From assembly GCA_963663385.2 (NCBI GenBank), contig CAXXXD010000001.1, forward strand, positions 288,001 to 352,000: 64,000 nucleotides of DNA. Direction: 5' to 3'. This DNA is from Oceanispirochaeta sp. (GTDB lineage Bacteria; Spirochaetota; Spirochaetia; DSM-2461). Positions 47,193-57,446 of the stretch are shown one piece after another (within the stretch, counting starts at the first letter, position 1; each line of letters starts with the position of its first letter). A program made the position numbers and the translations under genes. A model generated the notes under the pieces. That model was not told the DNA's origin, did not search any database, and saw nothing but the letters and a program-made list of their open reading frames with translations.

Positions 47193-49147
47193 TATTACAG
47201 GCACTCTACGAGTATTATGAACGGAAATCGAAGTTAGGGGATATTGCACCTATTGGCTGGATAAAAAGAGAAATTGGATATCTCATTGAAATTAACATGA
47301 ATGGTGAAGTTGAAGAAGTAACATCACTAATTGAATATGATGAAAAAACAAAGAAATTTCTTGGTAAGCCAGTAATTGTTCCTTGTATAGGTAAGCAGGC
47401 TTTAAAACACACTAATAGTGGTGTAGACGCAAATTTCCTTTGGGATAATGCAGCATTTGTTTTAGGACGATATCCAGAAGATAGTGATAATAAGACAATC
47501 ATGAAAAAAAAGAGTAGCAGAGATAGTTTTTATAATTTAATCAAACACTTCAATAAAGAAATAACAATAAAAGAAGTTTCTGCAGTCCTCAGCTTTCTTG
47601 AAAAACTTCAAAATGAAGACACTAACTATGAAACAACGGAAAGTATCATTGAGAAATTAACAAGAAATGAAATATCAACTCTAGATGAAGAAATTGTTAA
47701 AGTTAAGGATAAAATTACAAAACTCAATAAAGAGGATAATACACCGAATGAAGAATTGCTTACTTGTAAAGAACGTGAAAGGATTTTGACGAAAGAACTC
47801 TCTTCAAAGAAGAAAATTTATGCAGGATTCTTAAATGGAGAGAGTAATCCAGCTATTACTTTTCGGATCTATGGACAACCCAAAATAATCTTTGAACTTC
47901 CAGAAGTAAAAGAGGCATATACTGAGTATTTCTTAGCTGATGATAAGGACTCTCCAAGGCAGAGATGTCTTATTACTGGTAAATCAGAAATTATTGAACC
48001 AAAGCATCTTGTAATTAAAGGAGTATATGGCGGGCAATCATCAGGTGGTGCCATTGTATCATTTAATAAAGAATCATTTTGCTCTTACGGCAAAATAGGT
48101 AAACTAAGTGGATATAATGCACCTGTTGGTCAAAAAGCTGCAAATGGCTATACACAAGCACTTAATCATCTCCTTAGTAGCGAGAATAGGGTTTCTATTG
48201 CAGATACTTCAATTGTATTTTGGGCAGAGAAGAAGTCATTTCTTGAGAAGACATTTCCACTTTTACTAGTTAAACCTAAAGATGATCCTGATAAAGGAAC
48301 ACTCTCTGTAAAGCAACTATATGAAAGTATTAATTCTGGTAAGTTTAGTATTGAAGATAGTAATCGCTTCTTTATTCTTGGTCTTGCCCCAAACGCAGCT
48401 CGGATCGCTATTCGTTACAGGATGACTGGAACAGTAGCAGAATTTGCAATGCATATCAAACAGCATTTTAATGATTTTGAGATAGTTCGAGATAAAGATG
48501 CTCCTGATTTTTTTGCTTTAAGTTCTATATTAACTCATGCAGCATTGAAATATAAACTGGAAAATCTTGCACCTAATCTGGCGGGGCAGGTGACAGAGGC
48601 TGTTCTCAATGGAACCCAATATCCCCAGACACTTTTTCATGCAACTATCCGAAGAGTTAGGGCAGAACAGCACATTACCGGAACACGTGCTGCAATCATA
48701 AAAGCCTGTATAAACAGATTCAATCGATTTCATTATAAAACTGAGGAGGAAATAACAGTGTCTCTTGACAAAACAAACAGGAATCCCGCGTATTTGCTTG
48801 GAAGACTATTTGCTGTACTTGAAAAAGTTCAGTATAAAGCCCTGAAAATTGAAACCATCCGGGAACGGTACTACGGAGCATTTTCAAGTACTCCGGTTAC
48901 GGTATACCCACAGTTAATGAAACTGAAAAATCATCATTTGGCAAAATTGGAAACAGGTAAAGGATTTTATGAAAACCTTATTGGAGAGATTGTTGACGGG
49001 CTTGATGGCAGTGGTCTCATTCCTCGTCAATTTTCCCTTGATGAACAGGGACGATTCGCAGTCGGTTACTATCATCAACGTCAGGACTTGAAATTTAAAG
49101 GAAACGAAGACAATACAGAAAAAACTGAGGAGAACAATTATGAGTAA
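47189..49147 (+). CDS. cas8c: Type I-C large subunit Cas8c/Csd1
   Basis: MILQALYEYYER, ANFLWDNAAFVLG, CLITG, IVSFNKESFCSYG, GLAPNAARIAIR and AYLLGRLFAVLE. Confidence 0.96.
   Translation: MILQALYEYYERKSKLGDIAPIGWIKREIGYLIEINMNGEVEEVTSLIEYDEKTKKFLGKPVIVPCIGKQALKHTNSGVDANFLWDNAAFVLGRYPEDSDNKTIMKKKSSRDSFYNLIKHFNKEITIKEVSAVLSFLEKLQNEDTNYETTESIIEKLTRNEISTLDEEIVKVKDKITKLNKEDNTPNEELLTCKERERILTKELSSKKKIYAGFLNGESNPAITFRIYGQPKIIFELPEVKEAYTEYFLADDKDSPRQRCLITGKSEIIEPKHLVIKGVYGGQSSGGAIVSFNKESFCSYGKIGKLSGYNAPVGQKAANGYTQALNHLLSSENRVSIADTSIVFWAEKKSFLEKTFPLLLVKPKDDPDKGTLSVKQLYESINSGKFSIEDSNRFFILGLAPNAARIAIRYRMTGTVAEFAMHIKQHFNDFEIVRDKDAPDFFALSSILTHAALKYKLENLAPNLAGQVTEAVLNGTQYPQTLFHATIRRVRAEQHITGTRAAIIKACINRFNRFHYKTEEEITVSLDKTNRNPAYLLGRLFAVLEKVQYKALKIETIRERYYGAFSSTPVTVYPQLMKLKNHHLAKLETGKGFYENLIGEIVDGLDGSGLIPRQFSLDEQGRFAVGYYHQRQDLKFKGNEDNTEKTEENNYE
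48758..49147 (+). CDS. cas11: Cas11c small subunit, internally translated in frame from cas8c (129 aa)
   Basis: GAGGAGGA at 48743-48750, then an in-frame GTG at 48758 giving (M)SLDKTNRNPAYLLGRLFA, the position known for type I-C Cas11. Confidence 0.8.
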   Translation: MSLDKTNRNPAYLLGRLFAVLEKVQYKALKIETIRERYYGAFSSTPVTVYPQLMKLKNHHLAKLETGKGFYENLIGEIVDGLDGSGLIPRQFSLDEQGRFAVGYYHQRQDLKFKGNEDNTEKTEENNYE

Positions 49148-50075
49148 TGCAATCAGAAACCGCTACGATTTTATCCTATTCTTTGATGTGCAGGATGGGA
49201 ATCCCAACGGAGATCCTGACGCGGGGAACTTACCTCGAATTGATGCTGAGACTGGTAAAGGGCTTGTAACAGATGTTTGTTTAAAAAGAAAAATACGAAA
49301 CTATGTACAATTTGAGAAAAAACATCAGCGTCCTTATGACATCTTTGTGAAAGAGTCGGGTATTACTCAGGAAATAACAGTTCTTAATAAGATTATTCGA
49401 GAAGGGTATGAAGAATTAGGTATTGATTTAACTGCTGCTCCAGAAAATGCTGAGGATGGAAAGAAAAGAGAGACTTCTGGTAAAGCTCAAGGAAAAGAAG
49501 TGAGGAAAGGAAGAGAATTTATGTGTTCAAACTTCTTTGATGTGAGAACGTTTGGAGCCGTTATGAGTACTGGGGCAAATGCTGGACAAGTAAGAGGACC
49601 TGTTCAAATGACATTTGCTCGTTCCATTGATCCGATTGTCTCCCTTGAACACTCAATAACAGTTGTTGCTGCCAGATCAGAAGAAAAGAAACCTGAGAGT
49701 CAGATTGGTATTCAAGGTAGAAAATATACTGTTCCATACGGACTATATAGATCTCATGGTTTTATTTCTGCTAATTTTGCGGAACAAACTTCTTTTAATG
49801 AAGATGATCTTAAACTCTTCTGGGATGCTTTATATGGAATGTTTCAGGATGATCATTCTGCTGCACGTGGATTGATGTCCGTTCGCAAAATAATTATTTT
49901 TAAGCATGAATCAGCTTTGGGAAATACTCCTGCACATAAGCTCTTTGAGATGGTTCCAGATCCAAAGCTAAAAGATAAAACCAAACCGCCAAGAGCATTC
50001 AGTGATTATCAGGATATTTCTATTCCTTCAGAGACTGAAATCCCATCAGGAGTATCAATGTCGATAATTGAGTAG
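49140..50075 (+). CDS. cas7c: Type I-C backbone Cas7/Csd2
   Basis: NRYDF, GNPNGDPDAGNLPR, TDVCLKRKIRNYV, FDVRTFGAVM, GQVRGPVQ and DHSAARG. Confidence 0.97.
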   Translation: MSNAIRNRYDFILFFDVQDGNPNGDPDAGNLPRIDAETGKGLVTDVCLKRKIRNYVQFEKKHQRPYDIFVKESGITQEITVLNKIIREGYEELGIDLTAAPENAEDGKKRETSGKAQGKEVRKGREFMCSNFFDVRTFGAVMSTGANAGQVRGPVQMTFARSIDPIVSLEHSITVVAARSEEKKPESQIGIQGRKYTVPYGLYRSHGFISANFAEQTSFNEDDLKLFWDALYGMFQDDHSAARGLMSVRKIIIFKHESALGNTPAHKLFEMVPDPKLKDKTKPPRAFSDYQDISIPSETEIPSGVSMSIIE

Positions 50076-50078
50076 ACT

Positions 50079-50735
50079 GTGCACACCCAAGACACCCTAC
50101 TCCCCCTGTCCGCTCTACAGCACCTCCTTTTCTGCGAGCGGCAGTGCGCCCTCATCCATATAGAACAAGTCTGGGCGGATAATTTTTTCACCTCAGCGGG
50201 AGAACTATTCCATAACAGGGTTGATCAAATATCCCGGAAAAAAAGAGGAGATAAAATTCAGGAATTCGGACTCCCTATAAGATCATTAAAATACGGACTT
50301 ATAGGGAAAGCCGATTCTGTAGAATTTTACAGAAACAAACAGGGAAAGTTAAACGCCATAATACCGGTTGAGTATAAAAGAGGAAAAAAGAAAAAGGAAG
50401 ATTGGGATAGAATACAGCTCTGTGCTCAGGCACTTTGCCTTGAAGAAATGCTTAATTTCACAATAGAGAAAGGATTTCTTTTTTACGGGAAAGACAGAAG
50501 ACGGGAAGAAGTAAAACTCAATACGGAATTACGTGAAAAAACAGCCTCTCTTTGTATAAAACTCCATGCATTAATACAATCGGGAAAAACGCCCAAAGCC
50601 GTTATTTCTTCTAAATGCAAATCCTGCTCACTCGAACCATTTTGTAAGCCGAAATCTGCCGGCCGGGGAAAATCCGTAAATCGCTACATCTCACAAATGA
50701 TCAAAGAGGAGGTCTCGGATGAAGAAACATCATAA
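50079..50735 (+). CDS. cas4: CRISPR-associated exonuclease Cas4
   Basis: LSALQHLLFCERQCAL, GKADSVE, PVEYKRG, QLCAQALCLE and CKSCSLEPFC. Confidence 0.96.
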   Translation: MHTQDTLLPLSALQHLLFCERQCALIHIEQVWADNFFTSAGELFHNRVDQISRKKRGDKIQEFGLPIRSLKYGLIGKADSVEFYRNKQGKLNAIIPVEYKRGKKKKEDWDRIQLCAQALCLEEMLNFTIEKGFLFYGKDRRREEVKLNTELREKTASLCIKLHALIQSGKTPKAVISSKCKSCSLEPFCKPKSAGRGKSVNRYISQMIKEEVSDEETS

Positions 50736-51750
50736 TACTCTGTATGTGACGACACAGGGCAGCTATCTCCATAAAGAACGAGAGACTATAGCCGTAAAAG
50801 TCGATGGAAAACATAAAGCAAAACTCCCTATCCATAACATCGAAAGTATCGTCTGTTTCGGGAATGTAACATGTAGTCCTTACCTTCTTGGCCACTGCTC
50901 TGAAAATGATGTATCTATAAGTTTTCTTACAAAATATGGCCGTTTTCTCGGTCGAGTCAGCGGGCCTGTCAGCGGAAATGTTCTTCTTCGTCGGGAACAG
51001 TACAGATGGGCTGACGATGATGAAAAAAGCTGTGAAGTATCACGGTACATCCTTTCCGGAAAGATCATTAATAGCCGAAACGTCTTGAAACGCTTTTTAC
51101 GGGATAATAAGAATTACAGTGAATCCGGATCAATCAAGAGAACCATAGAATCAATTCAGGAAAATTATGAGTTAATGAATAAAACTATGACATTGGAGAG
51201 CTTACGCGGGATTGAAGGACTGGTCGCCAATACCTATTTTAGCGTTTTCAACCATATGATATTACAGAATAAATTGGATTTTACCTTTAATAGCCGTAAC
51301 CGCCGCCCTCCACTGGATAGAATAAATGCACTATTATCCTTTATATACGTCCTTATTATGCATGATATACGATCAGCCCTGGAAACCGTCGGATTAGACC
51401 CGGCTGTAGGGTTTCTCCATCGGGATAGACCGGGACGTTATGGGTTAGCCCTGGATTTGATGGAGGAGTTCCGCTCTTTTATTGCCGATCGATTGGTACT
51501 GTCGCTTGTCAATCTAAGAAAAATCAATTCTTCCCATTTCAGAGTTACTGATTCTGAAGCCGTTTTACTTAATGATGATGGGAAAAAGATAGTACTCACG
51601 GCTTATCAAGAAAAGAAGAGTGAAGAAATTTACCATCCCTTTATTGAAGAAAGATGTAAGTATGGTCGTCTTTTCCATATTCAGGCCACATTGTTGGCTC
51701 GTTGGCTTCGGGGTGATATAAATGGCTATCCTCCGTTTATCTGGAAGTAA
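50719..51750 (+). CDS. cas1: Type I-C integrase Cas1
   Basis: NTLYVTTQG, SGNVLLRREQY, RGIEG, RNRRPPLD and GFLHRDRPGRYGLALDLMEEFR. Confidence 0.97.
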   Translation: MKKHHNTLYVTTQGSYLHKERETIAVKVDGKHKAKLPIHNIESIVCFGNVTCSPYLLGHCSENDVSISFLTKYGRFLGRVSGPVSGNVLLRREQYRWADDDEKSCEVSRYILSGKIINSRNVLKRFLRDNKNYSESGSIKRTIESIQENYELMNKTMTLESLRGIEGLVANTYFSVFNHMILQNKLDFTFNSRNRRPPLDRINALLSFIYVLIMHDIRSALETVGLDPAVGFLHRDRPGRYGLALDLMEEFRSFIADRLVLSLVNLRKINSSHFRVTDSEAVLLNDDGKKIVLTAYQEKKSEEIYHPFIEERCKYGRLFHIQATLLARWLRGDINGYPPFIWK

Positions 51751-51758
51751 GGTCTTTT

Positions 51759-52052
51759 ATGAAGATTGTTATAAGCTATGATGTCCGAACCGATAGCCCC
51801 GGTGGAAAAAAACGCCTGCGTAGAATTGCTAAACTTTTGGAAAGTTACGGCCAGAGGGTTCAGTTCTCAGTTTTTGAATGTGAAGTTGATGGCGGTCAGT
51901 GGGTAAAACTGAAAAAGAAAATTCTTGATGAAATCAAAAAGGAAGACGATAGTTTGAGAATCTATAAACTCGGGAATAATTGGGAAAACAGAATCGAGCA
52001 AATCGGGATAAAAAAGCATTTTGAAATGACAAAAGACACGCTTATTTTATGA
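51759..52052 (+). CDS. cas2: Cas2
   Basis: ISYDV, GQRVQFSVFEC and DSLRIY. Confidence 0.97.
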   Translation: MKIVISYDVRTDSPGGKKRLRRIAKLLESYGQRVQFSVFECEVDGGQWVKLKKKILDEIKKEDDSLRIYKLGNNWENRIEQIGIKKHFEMTKDTLIL

Positions 52053-52215
52053 TTGTGCGAACCATTAGCTTACAGTTATCATTACTATTGAGTTAATTAT
52101 ATACACAATAAACAGTTACACGAATTTAAAAAGATACGTTGATATAAAAACTAGAGAAGGGTTCTTGCAAATAGAACATTATCTTCTTACAATACAGATA
52201 ATTATAAAAAGTACA
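52053..52215 (+). promoter_or_regulatory. CRISPR leader
   Basis: AT-rich 163 bp between the cas2 stop and the first repeat, beginning with TGCGAACC as is common in I-C leaders. Confidence 0.8.
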
Positions 52216-55200
52216 GTCGCTCCCCTCGCGGGAGCGTGGATTGAAACATTTCTTTCAGGGTTTCCCTGTTTATGATTTTGAGTCGCTCCCCTCGCGGGAG
52301 CGTGGATTGAAACAACAGGAATAAAGACGCCGACGCAGCGTATAAACGTCGCTCCCCTCGCGGGAGCGTGGATTGAAACTTATTCTATTCCCATCTGCCG
52401 GATAAAAGTAAAGTCGTCGCTCCCCTCGCGGGAGCGTGGATTGAAACTGTGCCATCAAATCTACAACGCTCTGCAACGTCTCGTCGCTCCCCTCGCGGGA
52501 GCGTGGATTGAAACCCAGAAAGAGCAACAGAGGCTTATAGGGAAGCAAAGTCGCTCCCCTCGCGGGAGCGTGGATTGAAACCCGGAAAAACTACAGAGAC
52601 GCCTTGAACACGATTAGTCGCTCCCCTCGCGGGAGCGTGGATTGAAACAAACAACAATAAGGCTCGTGACGTGGACGCTGTAGTCGCTCCCCTCGCGGGA
52701 GCGTGGATTGAAACTGTATAAGAACTGATCGGTGCGTTTCGATTAGTTCGGTCGCTCCCCTCGCGGGAGCGTGGATTGAAACATAAGAGAACGAGTTAGG
52801 AATAGCGATCCTAATTGGTCGCTCCCCTCGCGGGAGCGTGGATTGAAACCCGTCAGGCCGATACTGTTATTGACCGTGGCCTAGTCGCTCCCCTCGCGGG
52901 AGCGTGGATTGAAACCGATTAGGTCGTCTGTGATCCAGTCAGGATATATGGTCGCTCCCCTCGCGGGAGCGTGGATTGAAACATCATTCCCACTCCCCAA
53001 ACACCGTACATCTCCGGTCGCTCCCCTCGCGGGAGCGTGGATTGAAACCTCGTCCATCATCTTCCTGATTTCATCCATAGGCTGTCGCTCCCCTCGCGGG
53101 AGCGTGGATTGAAACTTCAGACGGTGGGTAACAGGAACAGTCCTCCCGTCGTCGCTCCCCTCGCGGGAGCGTGGATTGAAACAAAAACATTGCCACGCAA
53201 TTCTGTCAATGTGCCGTGTCGCTCCCCTCGCGGGAGCGTGGATTGAAACTGATAAACCACGCCGGGGTTCGCCCCGGTTTTTTGTCGCTCCCCTCGCGGG
53301 AGCGTGGATTGAAACTTGTACTGGAAGGGAAAATCAAAGATATTGATAAGGTCGCTCCCCTCGCGGGAGCGTGGATTGAAACTCTGACTGGATTATCAAA
53401 TAAATACAAATCATGGAGTCGCTCCCCTCGCGGGAGCGTGGATTGAAACTTTTCAGTCCACCTCTCCGCCACAATGGATCACTGGTCGCTCCCCTCGCGG
53501 GAGCGTGGATTGAAACCTTGGAAGTTGGACGGATGCAGTGGCCTGTTATGTCGCTCCCCTCGCGGGAGCGTGGATTGAAACTTTTAGTCCTCGGATGGCG
53601 TCTATCATCGGGTCAAGGTCGCTCCCCTCGCGGGAGCGTGGATTGAAACTCTACCCTCTAGGTCTATTGGCACCGGGATATTGTCGTCGCTCCCCTCGCG
53701 GGAGCGTGGATTGAAACAGAACAGCCTATACAGGCACCAGCACAGCAGACAGGTCGCTCCCCTCGCGGGAGCGTGGATTGAAACTGGGAAGAGCACAGTC
53801 GCAAGAAGGATAAAAAAGGTCGCTCCCCTCGCGGGAGCGTGGATTGAAACTGGATTGACGACCGTGTGGAAGCCGTCCGGGTATACGTCGCTCCCCTCGC
53901 GGGAGCGTGGATTGAAACCTGCAAACGGAACAGCCGCAAGTGTCAATGTCACGTCGCTCCCCTCGCGGGAGCGTGGATTGAAACATTTCTTCGGCTGTTA
54001 GCATTTTATAGTAATCTGTCAGTCGCTCCCCTCGCGGGAGCGTGGATTGAAACTTTCTGAAGCTGTGCGTCCGTCAGGTCGGTGATTTTGTCGCTCCCCT
54101 CGCGGGAGCGTGGATTGAAACCCGTCAATTGACGTATTCGGATATCCCGTCGTATGTCGCTCCCCTCGCGGGAGCGTGGATTGAAACCCTGCCAATCACG
54201 AATTGTTCTTTCAAAAATAGAGTCGCTCCCCTCGCGGGAGCGTGGATTGAAACCCGAGAGGATGATATAGTCCGGCGTGCAGGATAATGTCGCTCCCCTC
54301 GCGGGAGCGTGGATTGAAACCATGAGTATATCGACGAACGCCGTGTATTCAGTGTGTCGCTCCCCTCGCGGGAGCGTGGATTGAAACCAGAATGGCGAAT
54401 GGCGAGCAACCGCAAAACCAAAGTCGCTCCCCTCGCGGGAGCGTGGATTGAAACGGATTCAATCCAGACATCAAGTCTTCCCCTGCCTTTGGTCGCTCCC
54501 CTCGCGGGAGCGTGGATTGAAACTTCGTAGAGATACTTGATAGCAAAATAGATACCTAGTCGCTCCCCTCGCGGGAGCGTGGATTGAAACATTTAATAGC
54601 TCTGTTACTTTTCTGCCAAATGCAGTCGCTCCCCTCGCGGGAGCGTGGATTGAAACTATAGCAATAACACGATTAGGAAACTAATAATGTCAGTCGCTCC
54701 CCTCGCGGGAGCGTGGATTGAAACAAATATGTCAAATAATATTTTTTACAGCATGCTTTGTCGCTCCCCTCGCGGGAGCGTGGATTGAAACTTCATATTG
54801 TGGCAAGTCTTCATTGTGAATTTGATGTCGCTCCCCTCGCGGGAGCGTGGATTGAAACCTTATTATTTTCGTAAAGTTCCATACTCCTAAAACTGTCGCT
54901 CCCCTCGCGGGAGCGTGGATTGAAACAGTCATACTGTTTATCCTTTATATTTGATCTAATATGTCGCTCCCCTCGCGGGAGCGTGGATTGAAACTGATAC
55001 AGTGAAGGATATTACGAGCATACTCCAACGTCGCTCCCCTCGCGGGAGCGTGGATTGAAACTGAGCTTGCAGCTGTTCCAGTCTCACTTAATACCTGAGT
55101 CGCTCCCCTCGCGGGAGCGTGGATTGAAACTGATTATACTTATCTGATATATCATAATAAAAATTAAGTCGCTCCCCTCGCGGGAGCGTGGATTGAAACT

Positions 55201-57004
55201 CTGTTCTCTCCATAAATAAATCCTTTAGTATCTAGTCGCTCCCCTCGCGGGAGCGTGGATTGAAACTGATTATACTTATCTGATATATCATAATAAAAAT
55301 GTCGCTCCCCTCGCGGGAGCGTGGATTGAAACATAATGGGAAGCATACCAAAAACAGGGACAATGTGTCGCTCCCCTCGCGGGAGCGTGGATTGAAACAA
55401 TGGTAGAACTGCTGTCCTGTAAACAGCGTATCGGGTCGCTCCCCTCGCGGGAGCGTGGATTGAAACAACGTCTTCTGACGCCATTTTGTTCCTGGCCGAT
55501 ATGTCGCTCCCCTCGCGGGAGCGTGGATTGAAACTTCGTCACCCGGGAGGGGAAAGAATACCAATTTATGTCGCTCCCCTCGCGGGAGCGTGGATTGAAA
55601 CTTCTTCCTCCTTATACCATGAGATGCGCCACTCAAAGTCGCTCCCCTCGCGGGAGCGTGGATTGAAACTTAAAGATAAATGCGCAGGAGAGAGGATCTT
55701 TAAGGTCGCTCCCCTCGCGGGAGCGTGGATTGAAACCCGTTAACATCCCTGAACCAATCATCTACAGGAAGTCGCTCCCCTCGCGGGAGCGTGGATTGAA
55801 ACAATGCATCATTCATATCGTATTCTCTATTTAGTTTGTCGCTCCCCTCGCGGGAGCGTGGATTGAAACAAAGAAGGCGACCTAATCCAGCACAAAGATA
55901 CTGGTCGCTCCCCTCGCGGGAGCGTGGATTGAAACTGTTTCATAAATCATGGATGCTCAACGTTCAGGAGTCGCTCCCCTCGCGGGAGCGTGGATTGAAA
56001 CAAAAAACCGGGGCGTTCTGACCGTGAGGGAAGATTTGTCGCTCCCCTCGCGGGAGCGTGGATTGAAACACTATAAGAACATGCAGTTTATGTGGGCGTT
56101 GGAAAGTCGCTCCCCTCGCGGGAGCGTGGATTGAAACATAATGACTGTTTGGTCTTTATCTCTGTTTATCATCGTCGCTCCCCTCGCGGGAGCGTGGATT
56201 GAAACAAGTACAACATCACTCGATTCTTGATTGTCGATATGTCGCTCCCCTCGCGGGAGCGTGGATTGAAACATTTAATGGCCGGAACAGATTTCAGGAA
56301 TACCGAGGTCGCTCCCCTCGCGGGAGCGTGGATTGAAACAGGAAACCACTCCGACGGTAGCCTTTGAAAAAACTGTCGCTCCCCTCGCGGGAGCGTGGAT
56401 TGAAACATGCTATCAATCGTCTTGATGCCTTCGGAAAATCGTCGCTCCCCTCGCGGGAGCGTGGATTGAAACGAACCGTACGGGACACCAACAGTTCGTC
56501 AACGAGGTCGCTCCCCTCGCGGGAGCGTGGATTGAAACTTAGAGCATATGAAAGATCTAAAGAACTTCTTAATGTCGCTCCCCTCGCGGGAGCGTGGATT
56601 GAAACTCTGATTACAAATCAGGGAGAAGCGAGTTTTTTGGTCGCTCCCCTCGCGGGAGCGTGGATTGAAACATACATCCTCTTGGTGTTATGAGCCTTAC
56701 TTGCAAGTCGCTCCCCTCGCGGGAGCGTGGATTGAAACATTAAAGTAACTACAGGCATTACTGACTATAAGGGGTCGCTCCCCTCGCGGGAGCGTGGATT
56801 GAAACAATCCAGAAATCCCGGATCTGCTGGAATGCGCCATGTCGCTCCCCTCGCGGGAGCGTGGATTGAAACCTAATATTTATGTCATGCTGGACGACTG
56901 AAATTCGTCGCTCCCCTCGCGGGAGCGTGGATTGAAACATACCCGCCCTCATACAGGATTGATTCATCGTCTGTCGCTCCCCACGCGGGAGCGTGGATTT
57001 AACC
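52216..57004 (+). CRISPR. Type I-C CRISPR array, 72 repeats / 71 spacers (33-37 nt)
   Basis: 32-nt repeat GTCGCTCCCCTCGCGGGAGCGTGGATTGAAAC (GCTCCC/GGGAGC stem, ATTGAAAC end) at a ~67-nt period. The terminal repeat at 56973-57004 is degenerate (GTCGCTCCCCACGCGGGAGCGTGGATTTAACC), which fixes orientation on +. Confidence 0.99.
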
Positions 57005-57129
57005 CACAACGGGTGATCCTCCAGCACTATAATATGGGATTTATATATTATTCGAAATCAACATGCTTCAGTCAATAACAACTATAAATAACCAGTTTTC
57101 TGAAGTTTCCGAATGACTTAATACAACAA

Positions 57130-57179
57130 TTGACTTGCAGTAACATCCGGAATACAATTGTACTTTAAGTTGTACAATT
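57130..57179 (+). promoter_or_regulatory. yefM-yoeB promoter with autoregulatory operator
   Basis: TTGACT (57130)-N17-TACAAT (57153); AATTGTAC-N8-GTACAATT (57156-57179), with GTAC cores 12 bp apart as in YefM operators. Confidence 0.8.
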
Positions 57180-57191
57180 AAGAGGTTCTTT

Positions 57192-57446
57192 ATGAGAACA
57201 GTAAGCTTTTCTGAAGCAAGAAGCCATTTTAAGAGCGTATGTGATGATGTAGCACATGATGTAGAAGAAACAGTAATTACCAGAAGGAATGCTGATGACC
57301 TCGTATTGATGTCCCTGGAGCAATATAATGCCCTTCAGGAAAGAGCCTACCTTACCAGAAATCCGATAGATGCCAAAATCCTGATGGATGCCATAGAAGA
57401 ACTGGAAGCCGGACGGGGACAGGAACACAACTTAATTGAACCGTAG
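57192..57446 (+). CDS. yefM: Phd/YefM family antitoxin
   Basis: MRTVSFSEARSHFKSVCDDV, VITRR and VLMSLEQYNALQERAYL. Confidence 0.95.
   Translation: MRTVSFSEARSHFKSVCDDVAHDVEETVITRRNADDLVLMSLEQYNALQERAYLTRNPIDAKILMDAIEELEAGRGQEHNLIEP

Noticed and set aside
52160..52173. boxA-like GTTCTTGCAAAT in the CRISPR leader
   Set aside because: The match is weak and more likely a variant of the I-C leader motif. Nus antitermination also acts mainly against Rho.
52248..56972. Full-length self-targeting spacers within this window
   Set aside because: None was found by eye, and the rest of the genome cannot be assessed.
52270..57027. Many short ORFs with repeating peptides (VSIHAPARGAT, SLPSRERGLK, FNPRSREGSD)
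   Set aside because: These are translations of the CRISPR repeat, not genes.
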